A DNA stretch of 57,502 nucleotides from Patescibacteria group bacterium. Its GTDB lineage: Bacteria > Patescibacteriota > Patescibacteriia > JAGPKW01. Both the position numbers and the translations under genes were made by a program. This document shows positions 17,865 through 26,643 of this stretch, one piece after another. Positions within the stretch are counted from its first letter, which is position 1. Every line of letters begins with the position of its first letter. The notes under the pieces were generated by a model, which made no database searches, was not told where the DNA came from, and was given only the letters and a program-made list of their open reading frames with translations. The stretch is taken from NCBI GenBank assembly GCA_021734125.1, contig JAIPJN010000002.1, positions 1-57,502 on the forward strand. Direction: 5' to 3'.

Positions 17865-18419
17865 ATGGAAAAAAATAATTTATCAATTGTAAGACAACAA
17901 TTTGCACAGTGTGTTTTTAATCATAAGATGCACGAAAAAGCTTCTGATCGTTTAGATGCTTTGCAAGATAAAATAAAATGGATAAATATAATACTTTTGG
18001 CTTTGGTTATTGTGTTTCTTATATTACAAATATATTTTCCAGAACAAACTATATTTGGTGGTATTTCAACTGGCATAACTGTTTTTGAAATTTTATATGC
18101 TTTCTTTCAAAAAGAATTTTCTATTGAAGATAGAGCTAAAGAACACAAAAAAATAGCATTACAATATTTAGGGCTTAGAGATAAATATAAAAATTTTGTG
18201 ATTGATATAATGAATGATTTAGAAAGTGAAAAAATAGTATCAAAAAGAGATTTATTACAGGATCAATACCAAATTATAAATAGCCTGTCTCTTCAAACGA
18301 CATATGCAGACTATGAGAAAGCTCAATTAGATTTACTTGGAAAGACAAATAAGGACGAACAATTTACTTGGTCTGATACCGAGATAAATCGTTTTTTACC
18401 AAAAGATTTACATATTTAA
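17865..18419 (+). CDS. SLATT-domain 2TM protein
   Basis: 184 aa from ATG 17865 (ORF-track 17817 overlaps the previous gene). Helical N-terminus, then two adjacent TM helices (WINIILLALVIVFLILQIYF, IFGGISTGITVFEILYAFF), then a helical tail. Sits directly after the SMODS gene. Confidence 0.7.
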   Translation: MEKNNLSIVRQQFAQCVFNHKMHEKASDRLDALQDKIKWINIILLALVIVFLILQIYFPEQTIFGGISTGITVFEILYAFFQKEFSIEDRAKEHKKIALQYLGLRDKYKNFVIDIMNDLESEKIVSKRDLLQDQYQIINSLSLQTTYADYEKAQLDLLGKTNKDEQFTWSDTEINRFLPKDLHI

Positions 18420-18429
18420 AAATTTCACT

Positions 18430-21400
18430 ATGACTACACTAAACGAATCTAATATTGAACAAAACCTTATAGACCTTCTTATAAACCAAGGCTATGAGTA
18501 TTTTTATGGTCCAGACATTGCTCCATATTCTGCAAATCAGCAAAGAGAAAGATTTGATTCAGTAATTTTAGAAAATCATCTAAAAGCTTCTTTAAAAAGA
18601 TTAAATCCAAACATTCCAGAATCAGCAAGAGACGAAGCCTATCAAAATATTCTAAATTTAGGTTCACAGGATTTAATGGCAAATAATGAAAAATTTCATA
18701 ATTTTCTAACAAATGGAATAAATGTAGAATATTTTAATAATGGAAATACCGATAGTGTAAATGTAAAACTTTTTGATATAGAAAATATTGAAAATAATAG
18801 CTTTTGGGTAGTCAATCAATTTGTGATTAAAGAAAATAATAACGAAAAAAGGTTAGATGTCGTAATTTTTGTAAATGGATTGCCTTTAGTTGTTATAGAA
18901 TTAAAAAATGCAACAGATGAAAAGGCAACATTAGAAAGAGCTTTTACACAAATTCAAAATTATAAAAAAGCAGTGCCAAGTATTTTTTACTATAACTCAC
19001 TTTGTATTATTTCAGATGGAATAGATGCAAGAGTTTCTTCAATTTCCGCACAATTTAGTAGATTTCTCGCATGGAAATCACCAGAAAAAAGAGAAAATGG
19101 AAGATTACCAGAAATGCAAATTATGGTTGAAAGAATGTTTAATAAAAAAGTTTTACTTCATTTAATTAAATATAATACCGTTTTTGAACAGGAAGAAAAA
19201 AAAGATGAAAAGACAGGTTTATTATCTGTTGTAAAAATAAAAAAAGTTGCAGCATACCATCAATATTATGCAGTAGAAAAAGCTATAAAAGAAACATTAA
19301 GAGCAACAAAAGAAAAAGAAGGAAATAAAAAAATAGGAATAATTTGGCATACTCAAGGATCAGGAAAATCACTTTCAATGGTTTTTTATGCAGGGCAAAT
19401 AGTAATAGAACCAGAAATGAAAAACCCAACAATCGTAATTTTAACAGATAGAAATGATTTAGATGATCAACTTTTTAATACTTTTGGAAATTGTAAGCAA
19501 CTTCTTCGTCAAACTCCAGTTCAAGCAAAAAACAGAGAACATTTAAAAGAATTATTAAAAGTATCAAGCGGTGGAATTATTTTTACTACTATTCAAAAAT
19601 TTTCTCCAAGTGAAGGAAATATTTATGAAACATTATCAGAAAGATCAAATATTGTTGTAGTTGCAGATGAAGCCCATCGTAGTCAATATGGGTTTAAAGG
19701 AAGAGAGGTAGAGACAAAAGATGGTTCAGAAATAAGATATGGGAATGCAAAATATTTAAGAGATGCTTTACCAAAAGCTTCATTTATAGGATTTACAGGG
19801 ACACCAATCGAAAAAGAAGATAGATCAACAAGAGGAGTTTTTGGAGATGAAATAGATATTTATGATATTAGGCAATCAGTTGATGATGGCGCTACTGTTT
19901 TAATTAGTTATGAATCAAGATTAGTAAAAATTAGAATAGACCAGGAAGCAATAAGTAAAATTGATTATGCTGTAGATGAAATACAAGATGTTACTAAAGA
20001 ACAAATAGAAAAGGCGAAAAAGAAAAATTCAAAAATAGACGCAATCGTAGGACATCCTGATAGACTTAAAGATATTGCAAAAGATATTGTGGACCATTTT
20101 GAAGCAAGACAAAAAAGTTTTGAAGGGAAGGCAATGGTTGTTTGTATGACAAGACAAATAGCAGTAAATTTATATAAAGAGATTATTAATCTTTGCCCAG
20201 ATTGGCATAATGATGATTTAATGAAGGGAAATTTGAAAATTGTAATGACTTCAAGTAGTGATGATCCAGAAAGTTTTCAACCTCATCATACTAATAAGGA
20301 GGATAGAAAAAAACTTGCTCTAAGACTTAAAGATATAAATGATTCACTTAAAATGGTTATTGTTCAATCAATGTGGCTTACTGGTTTTGATGTTCCTTGT
20401 TTACATACCATGTATGTTGATAAAAAAATGCAAGGAGCAAATCTAATGCAAGCAATTGCCCGCGTAAATCGTGTTTATAAAGATAAACCAGGAGGATTAA
20501 TTGTTGATTATATTGGTATTGGACAAGATTTAAGAAATGCAATGAAAATTTATACTTCAAGCGGAGGAGAAGGTGAAGCTGTTCTTGATATTTCAGAAGT
20601 AATTGCAGGAATGAAAACAAAATTTGAAATAGTTGAACAAATGTTTTACGGATTTGATTATAAAGAATATTTTAAAGCAGAAAATAATGAAAAATTAACA
20701 ATCCTTCTTAATGCAACAAACTTTATACTACAAGATGAAAAATTAAAAAATAGATTTATTTCTGCAATTACTGCACTTTCAAAATTTTTTGCAATGGCAG
20801 TACCGAGTTTTGAATCAGAACAAATAAGAGATGAAGTTGCATTTTTTCAAGCAGTAAAAGCTCGTATTAATAAATTCACTCCAAGTGGTGGAAAATCAGA
20901 TAAACAAGTAGAAACGGCGATCAAGCAAATTGTTGAAGAAGCTTTAGCAAGTGATGGAGTTATAGATATCTTTAAAGCATCAGGAATTGAAACGCCTACT
21001 CTTGATATTTTATCAGAAGAGTTTTTGTTGGAGGTAAAAAATATGAAGCAAAAAAATATAGCTTTTGAATTACTTCGCAAACTTTTGAATGATGAAATAA
21101 AAATCAGAAAGATAAAAAATATGATACAAGGGAAAAAATTCTCTGAAATGTTAGAAAATATGATTAAAAAATACCACAATAATCAAATTGATACTGCACA
21201 AGTTATTCAAGAATTATGTGATATTGCTCGTGAAATGAAATTAGAAGATAAAAAAGCAGAAGATACTGGTCTTACTAAAGAAGAATATGCTTTTTATTCA
21301 ATATTAGCAGAAAATGAATCTACTAAATTTTTAGAAGATCAAAAAATGAAAGAATTAATACATATTATTGTAGATATAGTTCGTAAAAATGCTACTGTTG

Positions 21401-21558
21401 ATTGGGAAAAAAGAGAAGATGTAAGAGCAAAACTTAGAATAACAGTGAAAAAAATATTAATGAGATATGGATATCCACCAGATCTTGCAAGAATAGAAGC
21501 AGATAGAGTACTTGAACAAAGTGAATTATTAGCAAGTGAATTAACAAGTAATAATTAG
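18430..21558 (+). CDS. hsdR: type I restriction enzyme endonuclease subunit
   Basis: 1042 aa. N-terminal nuclease region (DVVIFVNGLPLVVIELK), helicase Walker A TQGSGKSLSM, VVADEAHRSQ DEAH box and a C-terminal HsdR domain. Confidence 0.93.
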   Translation: MTTLNESNIEQNLIDLLINQGYEYFYGPDIAPYSANQQRERFDSVILENHLKASLKRLNPNIPESARDEAYQNILNLGSQDLMANNEKFHNFLTNGINVEYFNNGNTDSVNVKLFDIENIENNSFWVVNQFVIKENNNEKRLDVVIFVNGLPLVVIELKNATDEKATLERAFTQIQNYKKAVPSIFYYNSLCIISDGIDARVSSISAQFSRFLAWKSPEKRENGRLPEMQIMVERMFNKKVLLHLIKYNTVFEQEEKKDEKTGLLSVVKIKKVAAYHQYYAVEKAIKETLRATKEKEGNKKIGIIWHTQGSGKSLSMVFYAGQIVIEPEMKNPTIVILTDRNDLDDQLFNTFGNCKQLLRQTPVQAKNREHLKELLKVSSGGIIFTTIQKFSPSEGNIYETLSERSNIVVVADEAHRSQYGFKGREVETKDGSEIRYGNAKYLRDALPKASFIGFTGTPIEKEDRSTRGVFGDEIDIYDIRQSVDDGATVLISYESRLVKIRIDQEAISKIDYAVDEIQDVTKEQIEKAKKKNSKIDAIVGHPDRLKDIAKDIVDHFEARQKSFEGKAMVVCMTRQIAVNLYKEIINLCPDWHNDDLMKGNLKIVMTSSSDDPESFQPHHTNKEDRKKLALRLKDINDSLKMVIVQSMWLTGFDVPCLHTMYVDKKMQGANLMQAIARVNRVYKDKPGGLIVDYIGIGQDLRNAMKIYTSSGGEGEAVLDISEVIAGMKTKFEIVEQMFYGFDYKEYFKAENNEKLTILLNATNFILQDEKLKNRFISAITALSKFFAMAVPSFESEQIRDEVAFFQAVKARINKFTPSGGKSDKQVETAIKQIVEEALASDGVIDIFKASGIETPTLDILSEEFLLEVKNMKQKNIAFELLRKLLNDEIKIRKIKNMIQGKKFSEMLENMIKKYHNNQIDTAQVIQELCDIAREMKLEDKKAEDTGLTKEEYAFYSILAENESTKFLEDQKMKELIHIIVDIVRKNATVDWEKREDVRAKLRITVKKILMRYGYPPDLARIEADRVLEQSELLASELTSNN

Positions 21559-21586
21559 TTTTATAAATAACTAAATCCTCAATCTA

Positions 21587-22213
21587 ATGAATAAACAAAT
21601 TCAAATCTTATATATTCACGGTGGGGGAACCTTTAAAAACAACGAAGAATACATAGAATATCTAAAAACAAAAGAAATAAAAATAGAAGAAACAGAAAGA
21701 TGGTCTGATGAATATTTTGATAAAAAATTATTAAAAAAATTCAAAATGATAAAACCAAAAATGCCATGCAAAGAAAATGCAAAATACGAAGAATGGAAAA
21801 TACAATTTGAAAGATATTTAGAAAAAATGGATCAAGATTTAGTGTTAATAGGAACATCACTCGGAGGAATATTCCTAGCAAAATATCTATCAGAAAATAA
21901 ATTAAATAAAAACATAATATCAACATATCTAATAGCACCACCATTTGATGCAAAATCAGTGAATGAAGAAGAAGTTTTTGGAGGATTCGAATTAAAAGAT
22001 AATCTAGAAAAAATAGAAGAAAATTGCAAAAAAGTAGTGTTCATGTTTTCAAAAAACGATAATGTAGTTAATATTTCAGCAAAAACAGGGTATCAAGAGA
22101 AATTAAAAAAATCAAAATTCATAGAATTTAAAGATAAAAATGGACATTTCAGAATATCAAAATTCCCAGAAATAATAGAAATGTTAAAAGAGGATTATAA
22201 AAATTTCAAATAA
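21587..22213 (+). CDS. alpha/beta hydrolase, YdeN/RBBP9-like serine hydrolase
   Basis: 208 aa. ILYIHGGG, nucleophile elbow GTSLGG, C-terminal ...NGHF. Lies 28 nt after hsdR with no terminator between. Confidence 0.65.
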   Translation: MNKQIQILYIHGGGTFKNNEEYIEYLKTKEIKIEETERWSDEYFDKKLLKKFKMIKPKMPCKENAKYEEWKIQFERYLEKMDQDLVLIGTSLGGIFLAKYLSENKLNKNIISTYLIAPPFDAKSVNEEEVFGGFELKDNLEKIEENCKKVVFMFSKNDNVVNISAKTGYQEKLKKSKFIEFKDKNGHFRISKFPEIIEMLKEDYKNFK

Positions 22214-22221
22214 ACATCGTA

Positions 22222-22322
22222 GGAACGCGCCGTGGCGCGTTCCACCCAAATAAAAAATAAAATAATGTAGGAACGCGCCGTGGCGCGTTCCTACGTGATT
22301 TATAAAATAATCACAAATATTT
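22222..22322. repeat. two ggaacgcgccgtggcgcgttcc palindromes plus 26-bp tail
   Basis: Palindromes at 22222-22243 and 22270-22291. The tail gatttataaaataatcacaaatattt at 22297-22322 is identical to 10861-10886. Confidence 0.9.
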
Positions 22323-22444
22323 TAAAAATAAAATAAATAAAAAATTAATCCAAATTTAACCTAAAATTAATCCAATTTTAATTATTAATTTATTTGTATT
22401 ATGGTAAAATTATATTAGATAAGGATTAATATATTTTATAGATT

Positions 22445-23278
22445 ATGAATAATAATGAAGTAGATAAAAACAATAAAATAGCTCTTTTTGAAAAAAAAGA
22501 AATCCGTAAAATTTGGCATAATAACGAATGGTATTTTTCAGTGGTTGATGTAGTAGGAATTTTGACTGATAGTTTAAATTATCAGTCCTCAAGAAAATAT
22601 TGGAATAAACTTTCTCAAAGGCTTCATGAAGAAAATAGTGAAGTGGTGACAAAATGTCACCAGTTAAAATTACTTGCTACAGATGGAAAAATGAGATTAA
22701 CAGATTGTGCTAATACAGAAGGAATATTAAGAATTATTCAATCTATTCCTTCTCCCAAAGCAGAACCGTTTAAAAGATGGCTTGCTAAAGTTGGATATGA
22801 AAGAATAGAAGAAATAGAAAATCCAGAATTAGCTCAGAAAAGAATGAAAAAAATTTATGAAGCTAAAGGCTATCCTGAAGATTGGATAGATAAAAGAATC
22901 CGAGGTATTTCTATTCGTCAAAATTTAACAGATGAATGGAGAAATAGGGGTTTTTCAAATCCAAGTGATTATTCAATTCTTACTGCTGAAATTAGTAAAG
23001 CTACATTTGGGATGACCCCTAGTGAATACAAAAAATTAAAAAATATTCCAGAAAAATCCAAAATAAATCTTAGAGATAATATGACAGACCTTGAATTAAT
23101 TTTTACCATGCTTGGAGAAAGAGTAACTACAGAAATTTCTAAAAAAGAAGAGCCCGATGGAATGGTAGAAAATAAAAAAGTTGCAAAAAGAGGTGGTAAA
23201 GTTGCTGGAGATGCAAGAAAAGGAACTGAAAAAGAAATAGGAGATACAATTATTAATAAGGGGAATTATTTAAATTAA
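22445..23278 (+). CDS. Bro-N domain protein (DinD / phage antirepressor-like)
   Basis: N-terminal FEKKEIRKIWHNNEWYFSVVDVVGILTDS is a Bro-N pattern. The C-terminal part resembles DinD-type proteins. Confidence 0.6.
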   Translation: MNNNEVDKNNKIALFEKKEIRKIWHNNEWYFSVVDVVGILTDSLNYQSSRKYWNKLSQRLHEENSEVVTKCHQLKLLATDGKMRLTDCANTEGILRIIQSIPSPKAEPFKRWLAKVGYERIEEIENPELAQKRMKKIYEAKGYPEDWIDKRIRGISIRQNLTDEWRNRGFSNPSDYSILTAEISKATFGMTPSEYKKLKNIPEKSKINLRDNMTDLELIFTMLGERVTTEISKKEEPDGMVENKKVAKRGGKVAGDARKGTEKEIGDTIINKGNYLN

Positions 23279-24486
23279 AAATACCCCCTTCCCCTTAATT
23301 TATCAGGCATATATTGTTGAGAAGAATCATCAGCTTCATGCGGATAAATATATCCTTTACCATAACCCATTTCAGAATCAAGATTAGTATTTGCATTTCT
23401 CAAATGCAATGGAACATCCAAATCACCAAAATTTCTAACATCAGAAATGGCAGAATTAATAGCATTATAACTGCTATTATCCTTTTTACTTTTAGCAAGA
23501 TAAGTAGCACATTCAGCCAAATTAATTCTACACTCAGGAAGACCAACAAAAGTTACAGCTTGCATAGTTTCATTAGCAAGAAGTAGGGCAGTAGGATTAG
23601 CAAGACCAACATCTTCTGATGCAAATATAATCATTCTTCTTGCTATAAATTTAGGATCCTCACCACCTTCTATCATTCTAGCAAGCCAATAAATAGAAGC
23701 ATTAGGATCAGAACCTCTCATACTTTTGATAAAAGCAGAAACGATATCATAATGATTACTACCTTTTTTATCGTAATTTAGGGATTTTTTTTGAACAACC
23801 TTTTTGATCAAATTTTCAGATATTTTATTACCATTTTTTAATTCATTCAATAATTTTTCTAAAACATTTATAGAAAATCTAGCATCTCCATTTGAAACAT
23901 CAGCAATATACTTAATATTTTTTTTAGTTAAATTCAATTTTAAATTTTTATATTCAGAAATTTTATTTATTTTCAAAACAGAATTTTCCAAAAGTTTTTC
24001 TATATCAGAATTTTCTAAAGCTTTTAAAGAAAAAACGCTACATCTAGAAAGTAGGGCAGAATTAACTTCATAGCTAGGATTTTCAGTTGTAGCACCAATT
24101 AAAATTACAGTTCCATCTTCAACAAATGGAAGTAAATAATCCTGTTGTTTTTTATTAAATCTATGAATTTCATCAATAAATAAAATAGTATCTTTGTTTA
24201 ATAATCCTTCTCTAGTTTCTTTAGCTTTTTTAATAATTTTTTTAAGATCAGCAATACCAGAAGAAACAGCATTTATTTGAACAAATTCTGATTCAGTAAT
24301 ATCAGCAATAACAGAAGCAATAGAAGTTTTACCGCACCCAGGAGGGCCAAATAAAATCATAGATGAAACTAAATCAGATTCAATAGACTTTCTAAAAAAA
24401 GAATCAGAGCTTGTCAAATTTTCTTGTCCAAAAATATCATCAAAATTTTTAGGCCTTAATTTGTATGCAAGTGGAATATAAGACAT
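23275..24486 (-). CDS. rarA: replication-associated recombination protein A (AAA+ ATPase)
   Basis: LRPKNFDDIFGQ, Walker A GPPGCGKTS, Walker B ILFIDEIHRFNK and a C-terminal MgsA domain (YWLARMIEGGEDP). Confidence 0.92.
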   Translation of the reverse strand: MSYIPLAYKLRPKNFDDIFGQENLTSSDSFFRKSIESDLVSSMILFGPPGCGKTSIASVIADITESEFVQINAVSSGIADLKKIIKKAKETREGLLNKDTILFIDEIHRFNKKQQDYLLPFVEDGTVILIGATTENPSYEVNSALLSRCSVFSLKALENSDIEKLLENSVLKINKISEYKNLKLNLTKKNIKYIADVSNGDARFSINVLEKLLNELKNGNKISENLIKKVVQKKSLNYDKKGSNHYDIVSAFIKSMRGSDPNASIYWLARMIEGGEDPKFIARRMIIFASEDVGLANPTALLLANETMQAVTFVGLPECRINLAECATYLAKSKKDNSSYNAINSAISDVRNFGDLDVPLHLRNANTNLDSEMGYGKGYIYPHEADDSSQQYMPDKLRGRGYF

Positions 24487-24581
24487 ATTTTAAGTATAAA
24501 CTCTATAGAATTTAATATCAATCTTTACAAAACATATAAAATATAGTATTATCCAGAACAGTTTTTATATAAGGGGGAAAA

Positions 24582-24878
24582 ATGAAAAAAAGTATGGATA
24601 GAAGTATGAAGTTTTTTGGGTATATAATAATTTGTGAAGATAAAGATAAAAATCTTTTCTATTTAAGAGAAAATTTTTTAAAAGGAGAATATTTTTTAAA
24701 AATATCTTTATATAAAGCTATTTATATTAACAAAAAAATTCATAAAATTAAAAAAGAGGAATTAAAAAAACATGTTATTTTCTGTGAAGAAGAATTAAAA
24801 TTAAAAATAAAAATTATTCTTCCTATATTCATTTCCGATGAAAAACCATTCATGGGAAAAATTGAAGTAAAAAAATAA
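24582..24878 (+). CDS. hypothetical protein
   Basis: 98-aa ORF with a GGGGG-type RBS 4 nt upstream, followed by a strong terminator. No recognisable motif. Confidence 0.45.
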   Translation: MKKSMDRSMKFFGYIIICEDKDKNLFYLRENFLKGEYFLKISLYKAIYINKKIHKIKKEELKKHVIFCEEELKLKIKIILPIFISDEKPFMGKIEVKK

Positions 24879-24879
24879 A

Positions 24880-24912
24880 AAAAAGCTAGTACATAATGTA
24901 CTAGCTTTTAAA
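24880..24912. terminator. bidirectional terminator
   Basis: agctagtaca-taa-tgtactagct flanked by an A-run and a T-run, between convergent genes. Confidence 0.75.
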
Positions 24913-24922
24913 TTTAATTAAA

Positions 24923-25663
24923 TTATTTTTTTCCGCTAAAAGACTTCAATATTTCTAAAGGAGTAGCAAATATAATAGTATTAGATTGATCCGAAGAAAC
25001 ATCATTTAAAGTTTGAAGAGTTCTAAGATGTAAAGCTCCATCTTCTGTAGATAAAACTTTAGCAGCTTTTGATAAATTTTCAGAAGCAACAACCTCACCT
25101 TGAGATTTAATAATAACAGCTCTTTTTTCTCTCTCTGCTTCTGCTTGTCTACCTATAACCCTCTTCATTTCTATTGGAAGATTTACATCTTTTAATTCTA
25201 CAGATTGAACAGCAATACCCCAAGCATCACTAGTTTTATCAACAACTTTTCTTATATTTTCAGCAATTTTATCTCTATTTCCTAGTAATTCATCTAAATC
25301 AACCTCTCCAACAGTATTTCTCATTGTAGTTTGAGCAAGTTGAGAAACAGCATGAAAGTAATTTTCAACTTCAAGTATAGCTTTTTCAGCGTTAGCTACT
25401 TTATAATATATAACAGCATTAACATTAACCGAAATATTATCTTTAGTAATAGCTTCTTGATCTGGAACGTCAACGGCCTTAACTCTCATATCAACCTTTT
25501 CATAACTTTGGAAAACTGGTATAACAAGCCTCCATCCAGGATTCATTATGCTTGTAAATTTACCAAAAGTAAATTTTAAACCAAGTTCATATTGATTTAT
25601 TTGTTTTATAGAAAATAAAATAACAATTGCAAAACCTATAAAAAACAATATTAAAAAATCCAT
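24923..25663 (-). CDS. SPFH/Band 7 (stomatin-like) membrane protein
   Basis: N-terminal TM helix followed by a Band 7 core (VDMRVKAVDVPDQEAITKDNISVNVNAVIYYKV...) and an AEAEREKRA coiled region. Confidence 0.88.
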   Translation of the reverse strand: MDFLILFFIGFAIVILFSIKQINQYELGLKFTFGKFTSIMNPGWRLVIPVFQSYEKVDMRVKAVDVPDQEAITKDNISVNVNAVIYYKVANAEKAILEVENYFHAVSQLAQTTMRNTVGEVDLDELLGNRDKIAENIRKVVDKTSDAWGIAVQSVELKDVNLPIEMKRVIGRQAEAEREKRAVIIKSQGEVVASENLSKAAKVLSTEDGALHLRTLQTLNDVSSDQSNTIIFATPLEILKSFSGKK

Positions 25664-25743
25664 ATATTTATAATTAAAGATTATAAATTTATTATAGCAT
25701 TTTTATTAATTAAAAGAATAATGTTTTATCTTTGATTTCTGTA

Positions 25744-25772
25744 GGAACAGGACGACAAAGTCGTCCTGTTCC
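25744..25772. repeat. GC-rich palindrome, family C
   Basis: ggaacaggacga-caaag-tcgtcctgttcc with a gtag 5' flank. Relatives at 31200-31228, 47398-47428 and a half copy at 56850-56861. Confidence 0.85.
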
Positions 25773-25897
25773 ACCCAATTTTATCCATTAACATTATTAA
25801 ATAAAATTGTACATTTTTATATAAAAATTTGCCATATATATTATGTACAACATTTATACCTATTGACAAATTAATATTTTAATAGTATTATGTCATT

Positions 25898-26020
25898 CAA
25901 ATAAAAGTGTATGATTTTAGATTAGCCTTTAAAAGAGCTTACTTTTAAAAAAGCTTAGCCAGGCTAATAAATTGTACACAAATTGTCTCGTATAAATAAT
26001 AATATACGAGACATTTTTTA
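25898..26020 (+). ncRNA. candidate ~120-nt small RNA (unassigned family)
   Basis: Promoter TTGACA 25863-25868, 17 nt, TATTAT 25886-25891. Nested helices 25907-11/25975-79, 25921-27/25962-68 and 25936-40/25951-55. Terminator gtctcgtata/tatacgagac 25985-26012 plus T-run. No ORF. Confidence 0.4.
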
Positions 26021-26073
26021 TTTTTAAATAAAGTTTAATAAGTGTAAACTTAACGCTGCAATATCACAAAAAA

Positions 26074-26102
26074 TTGACTAAAATAAGTTTTTTTGTTATA
26101 TA
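26074..26102 (+). promoter_or_regulatory. near-consensus promoter for the 26138 ORF
   Basis: TTGACT 26074-26079, 17 nt, tgtTATATA 26097-26102. Confidence 0.55.
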
Positions 26103-26137
26103 TTAGTATAATAAAATTTAATAAAAGGAGGTATATA

Positions 26138-26491
26138 ATGGTAATTATAAGTTTATATGGATTTTTACCAGAAGATTATGAAAAAATTAAAAAAATAATA
26201 AAAAAAGTCATTATAAAATTAAATCTTCTTAAAATAACAAGAATAAAATATTATAAGGGGACTTCGGAATTATTGTATTCTTTTAAAAAAGAAGGTTTTG
26301 AAACCGAGTATTCTTGTATAGTTGAATCTTGTTATGATGATTCTTTTTGTCCTTATATTAAAGTATCAGGACGGATTGACAGTGAAACTACCAATATAAT
26401 TAATTTACTCAGATGTAATGGTTTAAATGAAATAGATTTTCAAAAAGAAAATATTGGGATTAATGGTTTTATTAAAGGGGATAAAAAATGA
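26138..26491 (+). CDS. hypothetical protein
   Basis: ATG 26138 is preceded by aaaaGGAGGtatata (ORF-track start 26093 is a non-ATG extension). 117 aa, no recognisable motif. Confidence 0.6.
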   Translation: MVIISLYGFLPEDYEKIKKIIKKVIIKLNLLKITRIKYYKGTSELLYSFKKEGFETEYSCIVESCYDDSFCPYIKVSGRIDSETTNIINLLRCNGLNEIDFQKENIGINGFIKGDKK

Positions 26492-26512
26492 TTTTTTTCA
26501 TAATCAAAAGAT

Positions 26513-26552
26513 AAGCCTTAAATTGTAAAAAAAATGATTTAAGGCTTTTTTA
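26513..26552 (+). terminator. intrinsic terminator
   Basis: aagccttaaat..atttaaggctt hairpin followed by a T-run. Confidence 0.7.
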
Positions 26553-26643
26553 TAAAAAATAATTTTTTAAGTCTAAATTATTTTTGGGTTTTTTATTTAT
26601 AGTTAAAATGCTATTATATTAAAATAAAAAGTAAATAAAAAAT

